From contig RQSC01000525.1 in the NCBI GenBank assembly GCA_013416795.1, forward strand, positions 2,812 to 66,811: a stretch of DNA of 64,000 nt. The letters are read 5' to 3'. The stretch comes from Prasinococcaceae sp. CCMP 1430 (taxonomy: Eukaryota > Plantae > Prasinodermophyta). The notes beneath the pieces were generated by a model. The model saw only the letters and a program-made list of their open reading frames with translations. It was not told where the DNA came from and searched no databases. Shown piece after piece: positions 11,678 through 22,869 of the stretch (positions are counted from its first letter, which is position 1; every line of letters starts with the position of its first letter). The position numbers and the translations under genes were made by a program.

Positions 11678-12586
11678 TCAGATGACCTTGGCCTCGTTCT
11701 TGAGCTTGTCGACGAGGTCGTCGACGCTCTCGACCATCACGCCACCCGCGCGCTTGGGCGGCTCCGACACGCGCACGGTCTCGAGCTGCGCCGCCATCTC
11801 CACGCCGAGGTCGGCGGGCGAGAGCGCCTCGATCTTCTTCTTCTTCGCCTTCATGATGGCCGGCAGCTTGGCGTAGCGCGGCTCGTTGAGCCGCAGGTCG
11901 GCCGTGACCACTGCGGGCAGCTTGAGCGCGACGGTCTCCATTCCCGCGTCCACCTCGCGCACGATGGTCGCCCTGCCACCGGCCGCGTCGATCTCGACGC
12001 TCGACGCGAAGGTCCCCTGCGGCCAACCCAGCTTGGCGCCGAGCATCTGGCCCGTCTGGTTGTGGTCGCCGTCGATCGCCTGCTTGCCCATCAGCACGAG
12101 GTCGGCGCCGTCGCGCCTGGCGAGCGCCGCGAGCGCCTCGGCGATGCCAAGCGGCTGCGGCTGCGGCGCGTCGTCGGGCACTGCGATGTGCGCCGCCCTG
12201 TCCGCGCCGAGCGCCAGCGCGTGGCGCAGCACGTCCTGGCTGCTCTTGGGCCCCACGGTGACGGCCACCACCTCGGTGGCGACCTTGGCCTCCTGCGTCG
12301 CGGGGGGCGGCGCGGCGCACGGGAAGGGCCGGGCGGGCGGGTGACGGCGGCGCTCGCGGCGTCAGCGACGGCCCCGCGGCGGCTCGATCGCGGCGGCGCG
12401 GCCCCGCACTGCCGCCCTCCGGCCCTCGCGCCGCACCTTGAGCCTGACGGCCTCCTCGAGCGCGATCTCGCAGAACGGGTTCATCGCGTGCTTGACCGAC
12501 GCCGTCTCGACGCCGCCGCCGTCGGCGCGCACGCGGATCTTCGCCGCGTAGTCGACGCAGCGCTTGACGGCGACGAGGACGCGCAT
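11678..12586 (-). CDS. ETFB: Electron transfer flavoprotein beta subunit (exons 12586-12437 and 12292-11678)
   Basis: [19 protein letters not shown]...[19 protein letters not shown]|[80 protein letters not shown]. Confidence 0.96.
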
Positions 12587-13553
12587 GGCCCTCCCCGCTG
12601 CAGCCGCCGCCGCCGCCGCGAGATGGATGGCGGGGGGGGGGGCGTTGATGCGCGCACGCCCGCGCCCCCCCGCGCGCGCTGTGGCGCAGCAGGCAGGCCA
12701 ACACCCACACAAAAATAAAAAATAAAAAAATAAAAATAAAAAATGGCCCCTGTTCGATAAACTGTACACCTACGCTTCGCGCCAAAATATGTAGGTCAAA
12801 ATGCACGTGATTCGAACGCTGGCGAAATGCAGGGGCGACGGACGGTTAGGCCGCAGCGCAGCGCGGTGCCGGCGGGGAGTGTGTGTGGGGGGGTGAGTAC
12901 CGAGGGCGGCGGGAGCGAGTGCGCGCGGCGTGGGGCGCGCGTGATGGACCGAGAGGGCGCCGCGCGGGCGTGCCAGGCGCGCGCGCGCGCGAGCGCGTGT
13001 GCCCCCGCCCCTCCCCCGCCTGCGCCCGCCTCCCCGCCTGCCCCCGCGCGCGCGCGCGCTTTTGAGCATTCACGAATGGCGGGAAAACAACGCAGGCAAC
13101 GCGCGCATTCGGCCGCCGCCATCAAACGCCATGCGAAGGGCGCGCCGCACCCGAATCGTACTCGCCCGTTGGTAATGTAGATCCGATCGTACGTACGTGA
13201 TCTGTGATGGGGCTTCGCTCTGCGTACCCCGCAGGGCACATATGTCATATGGCATATGCGCGCTAAGCTCAGGGCGGGGATGCGGATGCGCTTTGTGTGG
13301 CGCTCGTGTGAGTGTGTGTGCGCTTGTGTGGCTGGTGGGTGGGTGGGGAGGGGGTCGTCGCGCGAACACACACACGCGCGCGCACGCACGCGTACGCACG
13401 CTCTCGTACGCACGTGTGCGCACGCACGCGAGGACGCGCTTGCGCGCGCGTGCGCGCGCGCGCGGTGTGTGTGCGCACGCGCGCGCGCAAGCGAGCGCGC
13501 ACGCGCGTGCCACACGTCGCGAGCGCGTAGACGGAGGTGTGTGGGGGAGAGAG

Positions 13554-15587
13554 ATGCTGCGCCGCGCGGCGGCGCTGGCGGCGCGCGGGGTGTTGCACCC
13601 GCGCGACCGTGCGCTGTGGTCGTCCTCCTCCGCCGCCTCCGCCGCGGACTTCCCGGGCCTCCCCGCGGGGCCGCCCGCCGGCTTCACGAGCGAGCTGTCG
13701 CTGTCGGCGCCGGCCGCGCCGCTGCCCGTGTACCGCGCACTCGACGACGCCGGCGGCGTGGTCGCCGGGGGAGCGCCGCTGTCGGAGCGCCTCGACGAGG
13801 CCGAGGCGGTGCGTGCGCGCACACGCGCGCGCCCAAGACCACACCTTACGCACACGCGCACACACACGCGCATGCACACACATCTGACATGCACACTCTC
13901 ACACACGCGCACAGGTTCGCATGTACGGATGCATGGTGACCCTGCAGGCGATGGACGCGGTGTTCTACGAGGCGCAGCGGCAGGGGCGCTTCAGCTTCTA
14001 CATGACGGCCACGGGAGAGGAGGCGGTACGCACACGCACGCGCGCGCGCAATCACTTGCGCTCGAACGCACACACACACACACACACACATCTGACGCGT
14101 GCGCGCGCGCTCACACACACGCGTGACTCGCACACACACACAGAGCAACATTGGCAGCGCCGCCGCGCTGCGCGACGAGGACGTTGTTTTCGCGCAGTAC
14201 CGTGAGGCGGGCGTTCTGCTGTGGCGCGGGTGGTGCGCCAGGCGCTTCGCGGACCAGCTCGTGGGCAACATCGACGACCTCGGCAAGGGGAGGCAGGTGC
14301 GTGCGCGCGCGCGCGCGCGTGTGCATGTGGCAAATGCGTGTATGTGTGGGTATGTTTGCGTGCGCTCGTGCAAGTGCGGGCGCGCTCGAGATGCGCTCCC
14401 CTGACAACGAGGTTCGCCGCGTCCGCCATGCCACGCCACGCGCACGCCCCGCAGATGCCCGTGCACTACGGCGACGCCTCGCGCAACTTCCACACCATCT
14501 CCTCCCCCCTCGCCACGCAGCTGCCTCAAGCTGTGGGTGCCGCGTACGGCCTCAAACTCTCCGGCGCGGACGATGCCGTCGCCGTGGCGTACTTCGGCGA
14601 TGGCGCCGCGTCGGAGGGAGACTTCCATGCCGCGCTCAACTTTGCGGCGACGCTCGACGCGCCAGTGCTCTTCGTGTGCCGCAACAATGGATACGCCATC
14701 AGGTGGGTGTGCTTGTGCATGTGTGTGCATGTGCGGGTGTCTGTGTATGTGCGCGCGCGCAAGCGCTCCTTGCGGCGCCTTGTGGATCATCTACTCACAC
14801 ACGGATATTTGCACACACGTGCACACACACGCGCACGCATGCCATCAGCACGCCCGCCGCCGAGCAGTTCCGTGGCGACGGCATCGCCGGGCGCGCGGGG
14901 GCGTACGGCCTGCGGGCGCTGCGCGTCGACGGCAACGACGCGCTCGCCGTGCGCGAGGCCGTCGCGCACGCAAGGGAGGCCGCGCTGAAGGTGCGTAGGC
15001 GAATACACCGTATGTGTGTGTGCGTGTGTGTGTGCCTGCACGCGCCACTTTCGGCGTCCGCCATCGAGCGGAACATCTGCTTACACGTGTGCGTGTGCGC
15101 ACGCACGCACATACGCGCACGCACACGCACTCAAGGACTCCGCGGCGGTGGTCGTCGAGTGCATGACGTACCGCTCGGGCCACCACTCCACATCGGACGA
15201 CTCGAGCCGCTACCGCGCCGCTGACGAGATCAGCCACTGGCGGACCGCACGCGACCCCGTGGAGCGCTTCAAGCAGGTGAGGGCGACCCTGCGTGTGGGT
15301 GTGTTCGTGTGTGTGTGTGTGTGATATAGCGTGGTCCTGACCCCCGCGCCCAGGCGCTCACCGCCGAGGGCTGGTGGGACGACGCCCGCGAACAAGCCGC
15401 GCGCGCGTCCGCCCGGCGCGACGTGGTGGCCGCCCTCGACGCCGCCGAGGCCGCGCCCAAGCCGCCTCTCGCCGAGATGTTCCGCGACGTCTACGCCGAG
15501 CAGCCGCCACACCTCGCCGAGCAGGAGGATGAGGTGAGAGAGTTCGTGCGACGGTTCCCCAGCCACTACGCGCAAGGGGGGCGCTGA
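13554..15587 (+). CDS. BCKDHA: Branched-chain 2-oxoacid dehydrogenase E1 alpha subunit, mitochondrial (7 exons)
   Basis: Presequence-like [12 protein letters not shown]; [30 protein letters not shown]|[52 protein letters not shown]|[26 protein letters not shown]. Confidence 0.96.
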
Positions 15588-16004
15588 GGCAGATTCGATA
15601 CCCAAGGACTCCGGCGGCACCTGCGCACCGCTGCCTGTCCGGCTATAATTCTCTATGCCCATGCATTAGCACGCACATACGAGCACACACACGCACGAAC
15701 ACGCACGAAGACGCACGCATTCCAGCGCAACAAGTGTGTACAGCACGTGCGTTACAGACTGCGCCAGCGCAGCGCCGCGTGCGTATGCGGCCCTGCGTGC
15801 GAATAGTGTACAGTCGCGCGGAGCGTTTGCCCTTCCCCAGCAGCGTGCGCGCGTTGCTCCGGCCGAACCTGGCCATCCTCGCCTTCATTCCCGAGTGAGC
15901 GCTGGAGAGACGCGTGTGAATCCTACGGACGCGAGTCATACGCGGGAGTCATACGCGGTCAGTCCTCGCGTTTCGACCGGCCGCGGGCGGCGCGAGCATC
16001 AGCT

Positions 16005-18656
16005 TCACCGCTCCGGGGAAGGCGTCGCGTCCGGGTACGAGTCCTCGAAGCCGTCGCCCGCGGCGTCGTAGTCCGCGTCGTAGTCGCCTTGGTAGTCGCC
16101 GTCGTAGTCGCCGTTGTAGTCGTCCGCCCCGGCGGCAGGGATGTCGGAGCGCGCGCGAGAGGCGGCGCTGCGGGCGGGCGAGCCCTTCACGGGCGAGCTG
16201 CTCTGCTTGTCGGAGAGGGGCCGGAAGAGGGCGCTGCGGGCCGCGTCGGCAGTGGGTGAGCCCGCGCCCGCGGCAACCGTCACGCGAAGGGTCCCCCGCC
16301 GAAGTGGCGAACGGCGTTGGCGGAAGTCGGGCGCGTTCGGGTCCGAGCCGGTGCTGAAGGCCGCGTCGCTCACGCCGTCGGCGTAGCTGTCGGGGTAGCT
16401 GTCGGGGTAGCTATCGGCGTATGCCGAGCTCGCACCGTAGCTGCCGCCGTAAGGGGACCCACCCTGGCCGCCTCGGCCGACGTTGAGGGCAACGGCGGCC
16501 GTCGGCGCGCCTGGCGACGGCGCGGAGCCGCCCGCGAGCGATGACGCGTCGTATGCTGCCCCGGGCGCGGCGCCGGTGAGCGGGCGAGAGCGCAAGTTCG
16601 CCGGCGCGTTGCCCAAGCCACCGCTGTGGGTGGAGGACACGCGCGAGCGGCGCGACTGCGCGGCACCGTCCCAGCGCCACTCAGCGACGTCACCATCCCA
16701 CGAGTTGGCCTCGGAAGCCGACCACGACGCCACCGATGTGGCCGCCTCCGACGCAGGAGCGTCCGATTCCGTCGCCGCGCCAGCATCAGATCCCGCCTCG
16801 ACATCGCAGTCACCTTGGTATTCGTCATTGCCCTCGCATGCGTCGGCGCCGCCGCTCTCCACAGAGCCGGCATCCGTGGACGCATCGGCTGCGCCGGCAG
16901 CAGAGGCGCTTTGTGCGCCGCCCATGCGTCTTCTGCGCTCGTGGAACTTCTCCCTGCGTTCCTTATGCCCCTGACGAGGTGATGCAGCGGCCACATGCGA
17001 CGCCGACATCGCATCATAGACGTTTGCGGAGGCTGTGGTCGCAGACCCATCCCGCTGAGCTTCAAGCCGCCGCTCGATGGCGGGCAGCATCACGTCCTGC
17101 AGCACCGTGGCCATCGCTCGTCGGACCTGCCGCCTATCTCCAAGCGCAACCTTCGGGTGGCGGCTGACCGCCGCGGTCACGCGCGCGGTGAGCGCAGAGG
17201 CGATCGCGCGTCGGAGCTCGGCGGCGCCGAGCGTCGGGGCGCGGCTGGGTGCACCCTCGACGGCGGGAGCTATCGCCGCCCCCTTCGCAGAGCCATCGCC
17301 ATGCGCATCGAATCCGAGGCGTCTTCCCCACTGGGCGCGGCGCTCGGCGAACAACGGACTCGCGAGCGCGCCCGTCGTGAAGATGGGGTCGAGCGCCGTA
17401 TGCGTGAACGAGGCGTCGCCGAGCGCGCACTGTGTTTCCTTGTCGATGAGCGCGGACATGCGCGTCGCGCGCTCAGTCTCCATCGCCACCTTTTCCTTGC
17501 GGAGGTACTCGAAGGCCTTCTCGAGAGCAGAGTGCTCCTGACGCAGCGGGAGCAGCTCGTTGGTGGCGGTCTCTAGCTCGGCCCTGGCGGCGTCGGCATT
17601 CTCCACCTGCGCGTGGAGCCTTCGCTTGAGCGCTTCTACCTCCACGGCCGCTTCCAGGCGGTCCGCATCCCGCCGCGCCTCCGCAGCCACCAGCGCGTGC
17701 GCGTGCGATGCGGCCTCGGCATCCGCCCGCGTGGCGCGCTCGGATGCGGCGGCGCTCTCGTTTGACTTGTCGTTTGCGAGCTTCGTCGCTGCATCGGCAG
17801 CCTCCTCGGCGTCGGCGAGCGCACCTCTCATCCGCTCGAGCTCCTCCCGAGCGGCCCCGAGCTCGCTGCGGAGCTCGTGAACGAGCTCCCAGGAGAGATG
17901 CGCGGGATTTGCGCCAGTGGGCCGCGCAAAGCTCAGCGCGCCTGCGGCCATCACCTTGCGCCCCAAAGATTGGAAGGCCGCGAGCGCCTCGCGCCGACGC
18001 GGCGCGCCTGCGTCGGCAGTCGCGCCTTCGCCATCGCCGCTGTCGCCGCTCGACGCAGCCGCCTCGGCCGCCGATTCCGTCGCGGCCGAATTTTCAGTAT
18101 CGCCTCGAGCGGCTGCTGCCGCGACGTTCACTGCGCCCCCTATCGCCCGCACAGGGCTGGACCGCTCGTCCTGCGACGTGGAGCGGCCCTCGCGTTCTTC
18201 GCCCCCCGGTGCCCGCCGCGCCGGCGACGCCGGCGGTGTCGGCGAGCGCCCGCCCGTAGCAGCAGCCAGAGCGACGGCCGCGGCTTCCTCTTGGAAGGCA
18301 CGGCGCGCGCTCGCGTCCATCAGCCCCCTGCCGACGGCCGGGGCCCCGACGACAGCTACGCCGGCGTCCGCGGGCGGCTCCAGCTGGGCGCGTGGCCGCA
18401 GCGACCAGTCAAACTCGAGCGGCGCCGAGAGCGCACCGTCGGCACCGCCACCGTCACCGCCGCCGCTGCCTCTGTCCGCATCGGCCGTGGCGATGGCCGT
18501 CGCGCGCCTGCGAGCCTCGGCCTCCTTGCGTTTCCGCCTCAGCGCGGCGTCCTCGAGCGTCTCCCGCACGGCGCCGCGGCGCTCCTTCGAGGCGCCCACA
18601 CGGTGCGGTGCGGGGACGCGCGCGGTGCGCCCGAGGCCGTAGCGCGGCACCGTCAT
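16005..18656 (-). CDS. Hypothetical coiled-coil protein (about 883 aa, single exon) with acidic Tyr/Asp-repeat C-terminus
   Basis: Long open frame from MTVPRYGLG; heptad-like segment ELRSELGAAREELERMR...LRKEKVAMETER; minus-strand TGTAA at 15756-15752. Confidence 0.65.
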   Translation of the reverse strand: MTVPRYGLGRTARVPAPHRVGASKERRGAVRETLEDAALRRKRKEAEARRRATAIATADADRGSGGGDGGGADGALSAPLEFDWSLRPRAQLEPPADAGVAVVGAPAVGRGLMDASARRAFQEEAAAVALAAATGGRSPTPPASPARRAPGGEEREGRSTSQDERSSPVRAIGGAVNVAAAAARGDTENSAATESAAEAAASSGDSGDGEGATADAGAPRRREALAAFQSLGRKVMAAGALSFARPTGANPAHLSWELVHELRSELGAAREELERMRGALADAEEAADAATKLANDKSNESAAASERATRADAEAASHAHALVAAEARRDADRLEAAVEVEALKRRLHAQVENADAARAELETATNELLPLRQEHSALEKAFEYLRKEKVAMETERATRMSALIDKETQCALGDASFTHTALDPIFTTGALASPLFAERRAQWGRRLGFDAHGDGSAKGAAIAPAVEGAPSRAPTLGAAELRRAIASALTARVTAAVSRHPKVALGDRRQVRRAMATVLQDVMLPAIERRLEAQRDGSATTASANVYDAMSASHVAAASPRQGHKERREKFHERRRRMGGAQSASAAGAADASTDAGSVESGGADACEGNDEYQGDCDVEAGSDAGAATESDAPASEAATSVASWSASEANSWDGDVAEWRWDGAAQSRRSRVSSTHSGGLGNAPANLRSRPLTGAAPGAAYDASSLAGGSAPSPGAPTAAVALNVGRGGQGGSPYGGSYGASSAYADSYPDSYPDSYADGVSDAAFSTGSDPNAPDFRQRRSPLRRGTLRVTVAAGAGSPTADAARSALFRPLSDKQSSSPVKGSPARSAASRARSDIPAAGADDYNGDYDGDYQGDYDADYDAAGDGFEDSYPDATPSPER

Positions 18657-18659
18657 ACT

Positions 18660-19235
18660 ATGGCGTATCCACAAACCCTCGTTTTGGTGCAGTTGGTGCT
18701 TTTTTGCATGAATATGTGTTGTTACCGTAAATTACTTCATAAAATGGACTCCGTTTCTATTTAATACAGAATCCAATATGGGAAAATACTTCAGGTTTGG
18801 TACATTTGATGTCCTGTCGAATATATTTTGCATCATGGCGGGTCTGTGGATGCTGCATGACAATCGTACAAATACGGATTCCGTCGACATGGATTCCGCA
18901 CGCACAGTGGTTACGGTTGCCCCGGCGGCGCCCGCGCGGTTCGGGTTGACGGGGCGTGGAACCACTCTTTTGGAACCCCATCTTGTGCGATATCCACAAA
19001 CCCTTTATATCGTGAGTGTAATGCAAAAGCAGATATTTTGTGTTACTACCGGTAATATTTGTTATCAATGGAATCCATTTTTGTGAAAAACGGATTCCAT
19101 ACCATTAATATTGTTCGGGTATGTCATAAAATAACGATATACATCAATACATACGCGTCAAAACGGGTTAACATATGCTGCACAGAATCGACATAAAAAT
19201 GGTTTCCACCAAAAATGGTTCCGCACGGTAGTTTG
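18660..19235. other. AT-rich non-coding island with internal short direct repeats
   Basis: Abrupt drop in GC; TATCCACAAACCCT near 18667 and 18991; several (T/C)GGATTCC(G/A) copies. Confidence 0.6.
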
Positions 19236-19705
19236 GGTTCACGCCCTCGCGCGCGCGCGGGGAGGGGGGTGAGGGGGGGCGACGCCCCTGCCCCCCCCTG
19301 GCACGCGCGCGTGCGCCTCCCTGACCGGGGGGGGGGGGGGCTCAGAGGCCTCGGCGCCCCCCTTCGCCGGCGTGCTCCCGGGGGGAGGGCACTGCAGCGC
19401 CTCCCCCCCCGCCCACGTCCCCCCCCCTCTCCTCCCTCGCGCGCGCGGTCGAAGTCTCCCCTTCGACACACGTGCTTGCCCCCCCCCTCCCCGCGCGCGC
19501 GCGCGCGCGCGCGCGCGCGCGCGCGCCGTTCCGCCTGTTTTCATATTTCGATCGGATATTCCGAAATATGGTATATCATCCGGAATCTATTTGTAAAACA
19601 CGGGCGCGTTTTTATTTCTCATTCGCGCACGCCGACGACCGTTCCGCCCCTGCCCATCTCCCCCCTCCCCCCGGCGGCGCGCGGCGCGCGCGCGCGCGCG
19701 CGCCC

Positions 19706-19928
19706 CCTCCGCCAGCACACACCCACACCCACACCCACAAAGAGCAAGAGCGAGAAGAGCAAGACGAAGAGCGAGAAGGGTAAGAAGAAGGGCAAGAAGA
19801 ATGAACTCACGAAGAAACAGATCAAGAAGCTCTGCCAGAAGGCAAAGAAGTCCAAGAAGAAGTGCAACAAGGGCGACGCCAAGAAGAACTGCAAGTTCAG
19901 CAAGAAGAAGGGCTGCACCCCCAAGTAG
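19706..19928 (+). CDS. Orphan Lys/Cys-rich coding exon (no upstream exon identified)
   Basis: ...KSKSEKSKTKSEKGKKKGKKNELTKKQIKKLCQKAKKSKKKCNKGDAKKNCKFSKKKGCTPK*; Lys almost always AAG (coding-like); possible acceptor CCAG at about 19705. Confidence 0.45.
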
Positions 19929-20018
19929 GCGCGCCAGCTGGCACGCGAATCCCAAACCCTCAATCGAACCCCAACCCGAACCCCAACCCGAACCCCAACC
20001 TACTGTAGTCCTGCACAA

Positions 20019-20979
20019 TTATCCCCATCCCCTTTCCCATATCTTTCTCCGTGGGTCAGCGCACGCAGGATGACGGGCCCTCCTCGAAGAAAAAGGAGGA
20101 AAAGAATCAGAATCCGAATCCGCCGCTGCGCGCCGGCGGCGGCTGCGGCCGCGCGGCGGCGAGCGGCGGCGCTCGTAGCGGTCGCGATCATAGCCCCGGT
20201 CGCGGTCGTACCGGTCGCGGCCGTAGTCGCGGTCCCTGCGGTCGTAGCGATCGTCGTAGCCGCGGTAGCTGTCGCGAGGGGGGGAGCGGCGGTAGCCGCC
20301 GTAGCCGCGGTCGCGGTCGTAGCCGCGGTCGCGGTCGTAGCCGCGGTCGTAGCCGCGGTCGTAGCCGCGATCGTAGCCGCGGTCGTAGCCACCGTAGCCC
20401 CGCTCGTATCCTCCGCGGTGGCCGCGCGGCGGCGAGCGCGGGCGGCCGCCGCGGAAGCCGCCGCGGTCTCGCGCGCCCCTCGGGCGCTCCGACGCGCCGC
20501 CCGGCGTCGCGTACTCGACCGTGAGCTTCTCACCCTCGAACTCGGCGTCGTGCATCGTCTCGAGGGCCTTGGTGGCATCCGCCTGCTCGGCGTAGCCAAT
20601 GAAGGCGAAGCTGCCGCGGACCTCGAAGCGCGTGATCTTGCCGAACTCGCCGAAGACCCTCTCCAGCTCCGGCCTGATGCGTGACATGTCATTCAGCGGG
20701 AAGTTCACCACGAAGAGGGTGGTCGTCGGAGACAGGGCGGCGCGCCTCTTGCGCTCGCGCTCGCGCGTGCGGCCGTGGCCCTTCGAGATCTCAATCTTGA
20801 GAAGGCGATCGGAGAGCTTGGTGCCGTCGGCGACGAGCTGGGCGACGGCGGCCTCGGCCTCCGCGGTGGACGACATGTACACGAAGGCGAAGCCTTTCTT
20901 GAGGTCGACGCGATCGATGGTGCCGAAGGGTTTGAAGAGGTCCTCGACCGCCGAGCGCTGTTCCGCGTACGCCAGGTTC
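20019..20979 (-). CDS. Plant-type RS-subfamily SR splicing factor (two RRMs plus RS/RD/RGYD tail); first exon lost in gap 21120-21511
   Basis: RRM1 G|NLAY..DRVDLKKGFAFVY; RRM2 TTTLFVVNF..GSFAFIGY..DATKALE..LTVEYA, resembling RS31/RS40; tail RSPPR and (RGYD)n. Confidence 0.85.
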
Positions 20980-21696
20980 CTGCGCGCCACGCCGCGATCA
21001 GCGCGAGAAGGGTGGTGGGAGGGCGCACTCGTCAGCGCTTGCACAGGCGGCCTACCGGGGGGGGGTGCCGGGGGGCGCCGGCGGCCAAGGGCGGAGGGGG
21101 CGCGCGCGCTGGGCCCGCGNNNNNNNNNNNNNNNNNNNNNNNNNNNNNNNNNNNNNNNNNNNNNNNNNNNNNNNNNNNNNNNNNNNNNNNNNNNNNNNNN
21201 NNNNNNNNNNNNNNNNNNNNNNNNNNNNNNNNNNNNNNNNNNNNNNNNNNNNNNNNNNNNNNNNNNNNNNNNNNNNNNNNNNNNNNNNNNNNNNNNNNNN
21301 NNNNNNNNNNNNNNNNNNNNNNNNNNNNNNNNNNNNNNNNNNNNNNNNNNNNNNNNNNNNNNNNNNNNNNNNNNNNNNNNNNNNNNNNNNNNNNNNNNNN
21401 NNNNNNNNNNNNNNNNNNNNNNNNNNNNNNNNNNNNNNNNNNNNNNNNNNNNNNNNNNNNNNNNNNNNNNNNNNNNNNNNNNNNNNNNNNNNNNNNNNNN
21501 NNNNNNNNNNNCGGTCGGGCGCGCGCGCGTGCGCCGGCGCGTGCCGTGGCCGGGCGGCGCGGGAGGGAAGGAGTGAGCGAGCGAGCGCGAGCGCCTAACA
21601 GCCGCGCGCGGCCGAGAGCGGCTGCGCTGTGTGCTGCGGGGATCGCGGTGCTGCTGCGAGGGTGGGGTTGCGGCCGCGGTCTTTGTGCCAGCTGGA

Positions 21697-22557
21697 ATGG
21701 ACTCGGGGCTTGACGTTGGCGGCGGCGGCGGCGGCGAGCCAGCCCCGGGCTCGCCGCCGGCGGCGGGCGCGGGCGCGGGGGCGGCCCTCGACCCCTTCTT
21801 CCTCGTGCGCGACGAGGTCACCGCCAGGCTGCTCGCCGCGCGGCGCGAGCAGGACTTTCTGCGAAGAGAGGCAAAGGATGAGCGCAGCGACAGCGGCGCG
21901 GCCGACGCCGCCCTGCGCTCGCTGCAGCGTGAGATCGAGGGCGCCGAGTTTTGCATCGACGAGCTCCACGCAGCCATGCGAAAAGTCGCTCAAGATCCCG
22001 CGCGATTCAAGCTCGACCCACACGAGGTCGAGTCGCGGCAGGGGTTCGTCACCGACTCGCGCAAGGAATGCGAGGAGCTGCGAGCTTTCATGGAGGAAAC
22101 GGCCGCAGATCAAGCCGCAGCTGCGAGTGCCGCCGCGCAGCGACGTGCGGAGGCGAAGCGTCGATCGGCAGAGGCTGAGCATCGAAACGGAGGCAAAGCA
22201 GGGGGCGCCGCCAGCGCGGGCGCTGGCAACGGAGACCTTGAAGAGGGTGCGGCGTACGCCGACGAGCAAATGCAGCACCAGCAGCGCCTCATTGAGAGGC
22301 AAGACGACCAGCTCGATGACCTTCACGCGGCGGTGTCCAGGGTGGGGCAGATGGGGAGGACGATTGGAGAGGAGCTCGGTTCGCAGGCAGAAATGCTCAA
22401 CGATCTCGACTCGCACATGGACTCGACGCAGGCGCGGATGCGCAGCGCCACCAAAAAGATCAAGAAGCTGATCGAGAAGAGCCGCGGATGTCAGCTCGGT
22501 ATCATCGTCTTCCTTCTGGTCATTTTGATCTTGCTCATGGTGCTGATTTCGAGCTAG
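21697..22557 (+). CDS. SYP61: Syntaxin-6/SYP6-type Qc-SNARE
   Basis: N-terminal DPFFLVRDEV...DPARFKLDPHEVESRQGFV; SNARE motif QQRLIERQDDQLDDL..IGEEL..QAEMLNDLD; C-terminal TM anchor IIVFLLVILILLMVL. Confidence 0.9.
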   Translation: MDSGLDVGGGGGGEPAPGSPPAAGAGAGAALDPFFLVRDEVTARLLAARREQDFLRREAKDERSDSGAADAALRSLQREIEGAEFCIDELHAAMRKVAQDPARFKLDPHEVESRQGFVTDSRKECEELRAFMEETAADQAAAASAAAQRRAEAKRRSAEAEHRNGGKAGGAASAGAGNGDLEEGAAYADEQMQHQQRLIERQDDQLDDLHAAVSRVGQMGRTIGEELGSQAEMLNDLDSHMDSTQARMRSATKKIKKLIEKSRGCQLGIIVFLLVILILLMVLISS

Positions 22558-22869
22558 TAGCGACTCGGACGCGATGGCGCCATGAGGCCTTGCGTCCGGT
22601 CCCCAAGGAGTTGAGCACAGCAAGCGGTTTTTAATTGTCACCACCGTGCTACTACTCCGCTTCTGGCACCAGCCGCGCCACGCGCGCGTGTTTATGATGC
22701 TGCGGAGCAGCAACGTGCTGCCAGCGCGCGGCGGCGGCGATGGTGCGGCGCGTGCGCGGCGCGCCCAGGTCGAGGTGTGGCCGCCTGAAGAGAAGCCGCA
22801 CTGACGAAACTCCCTTTGCACCGCCCCGTGCCCCGCCGCGCATGCCCGCGCGCGGGCAGAGCGCGCTGC

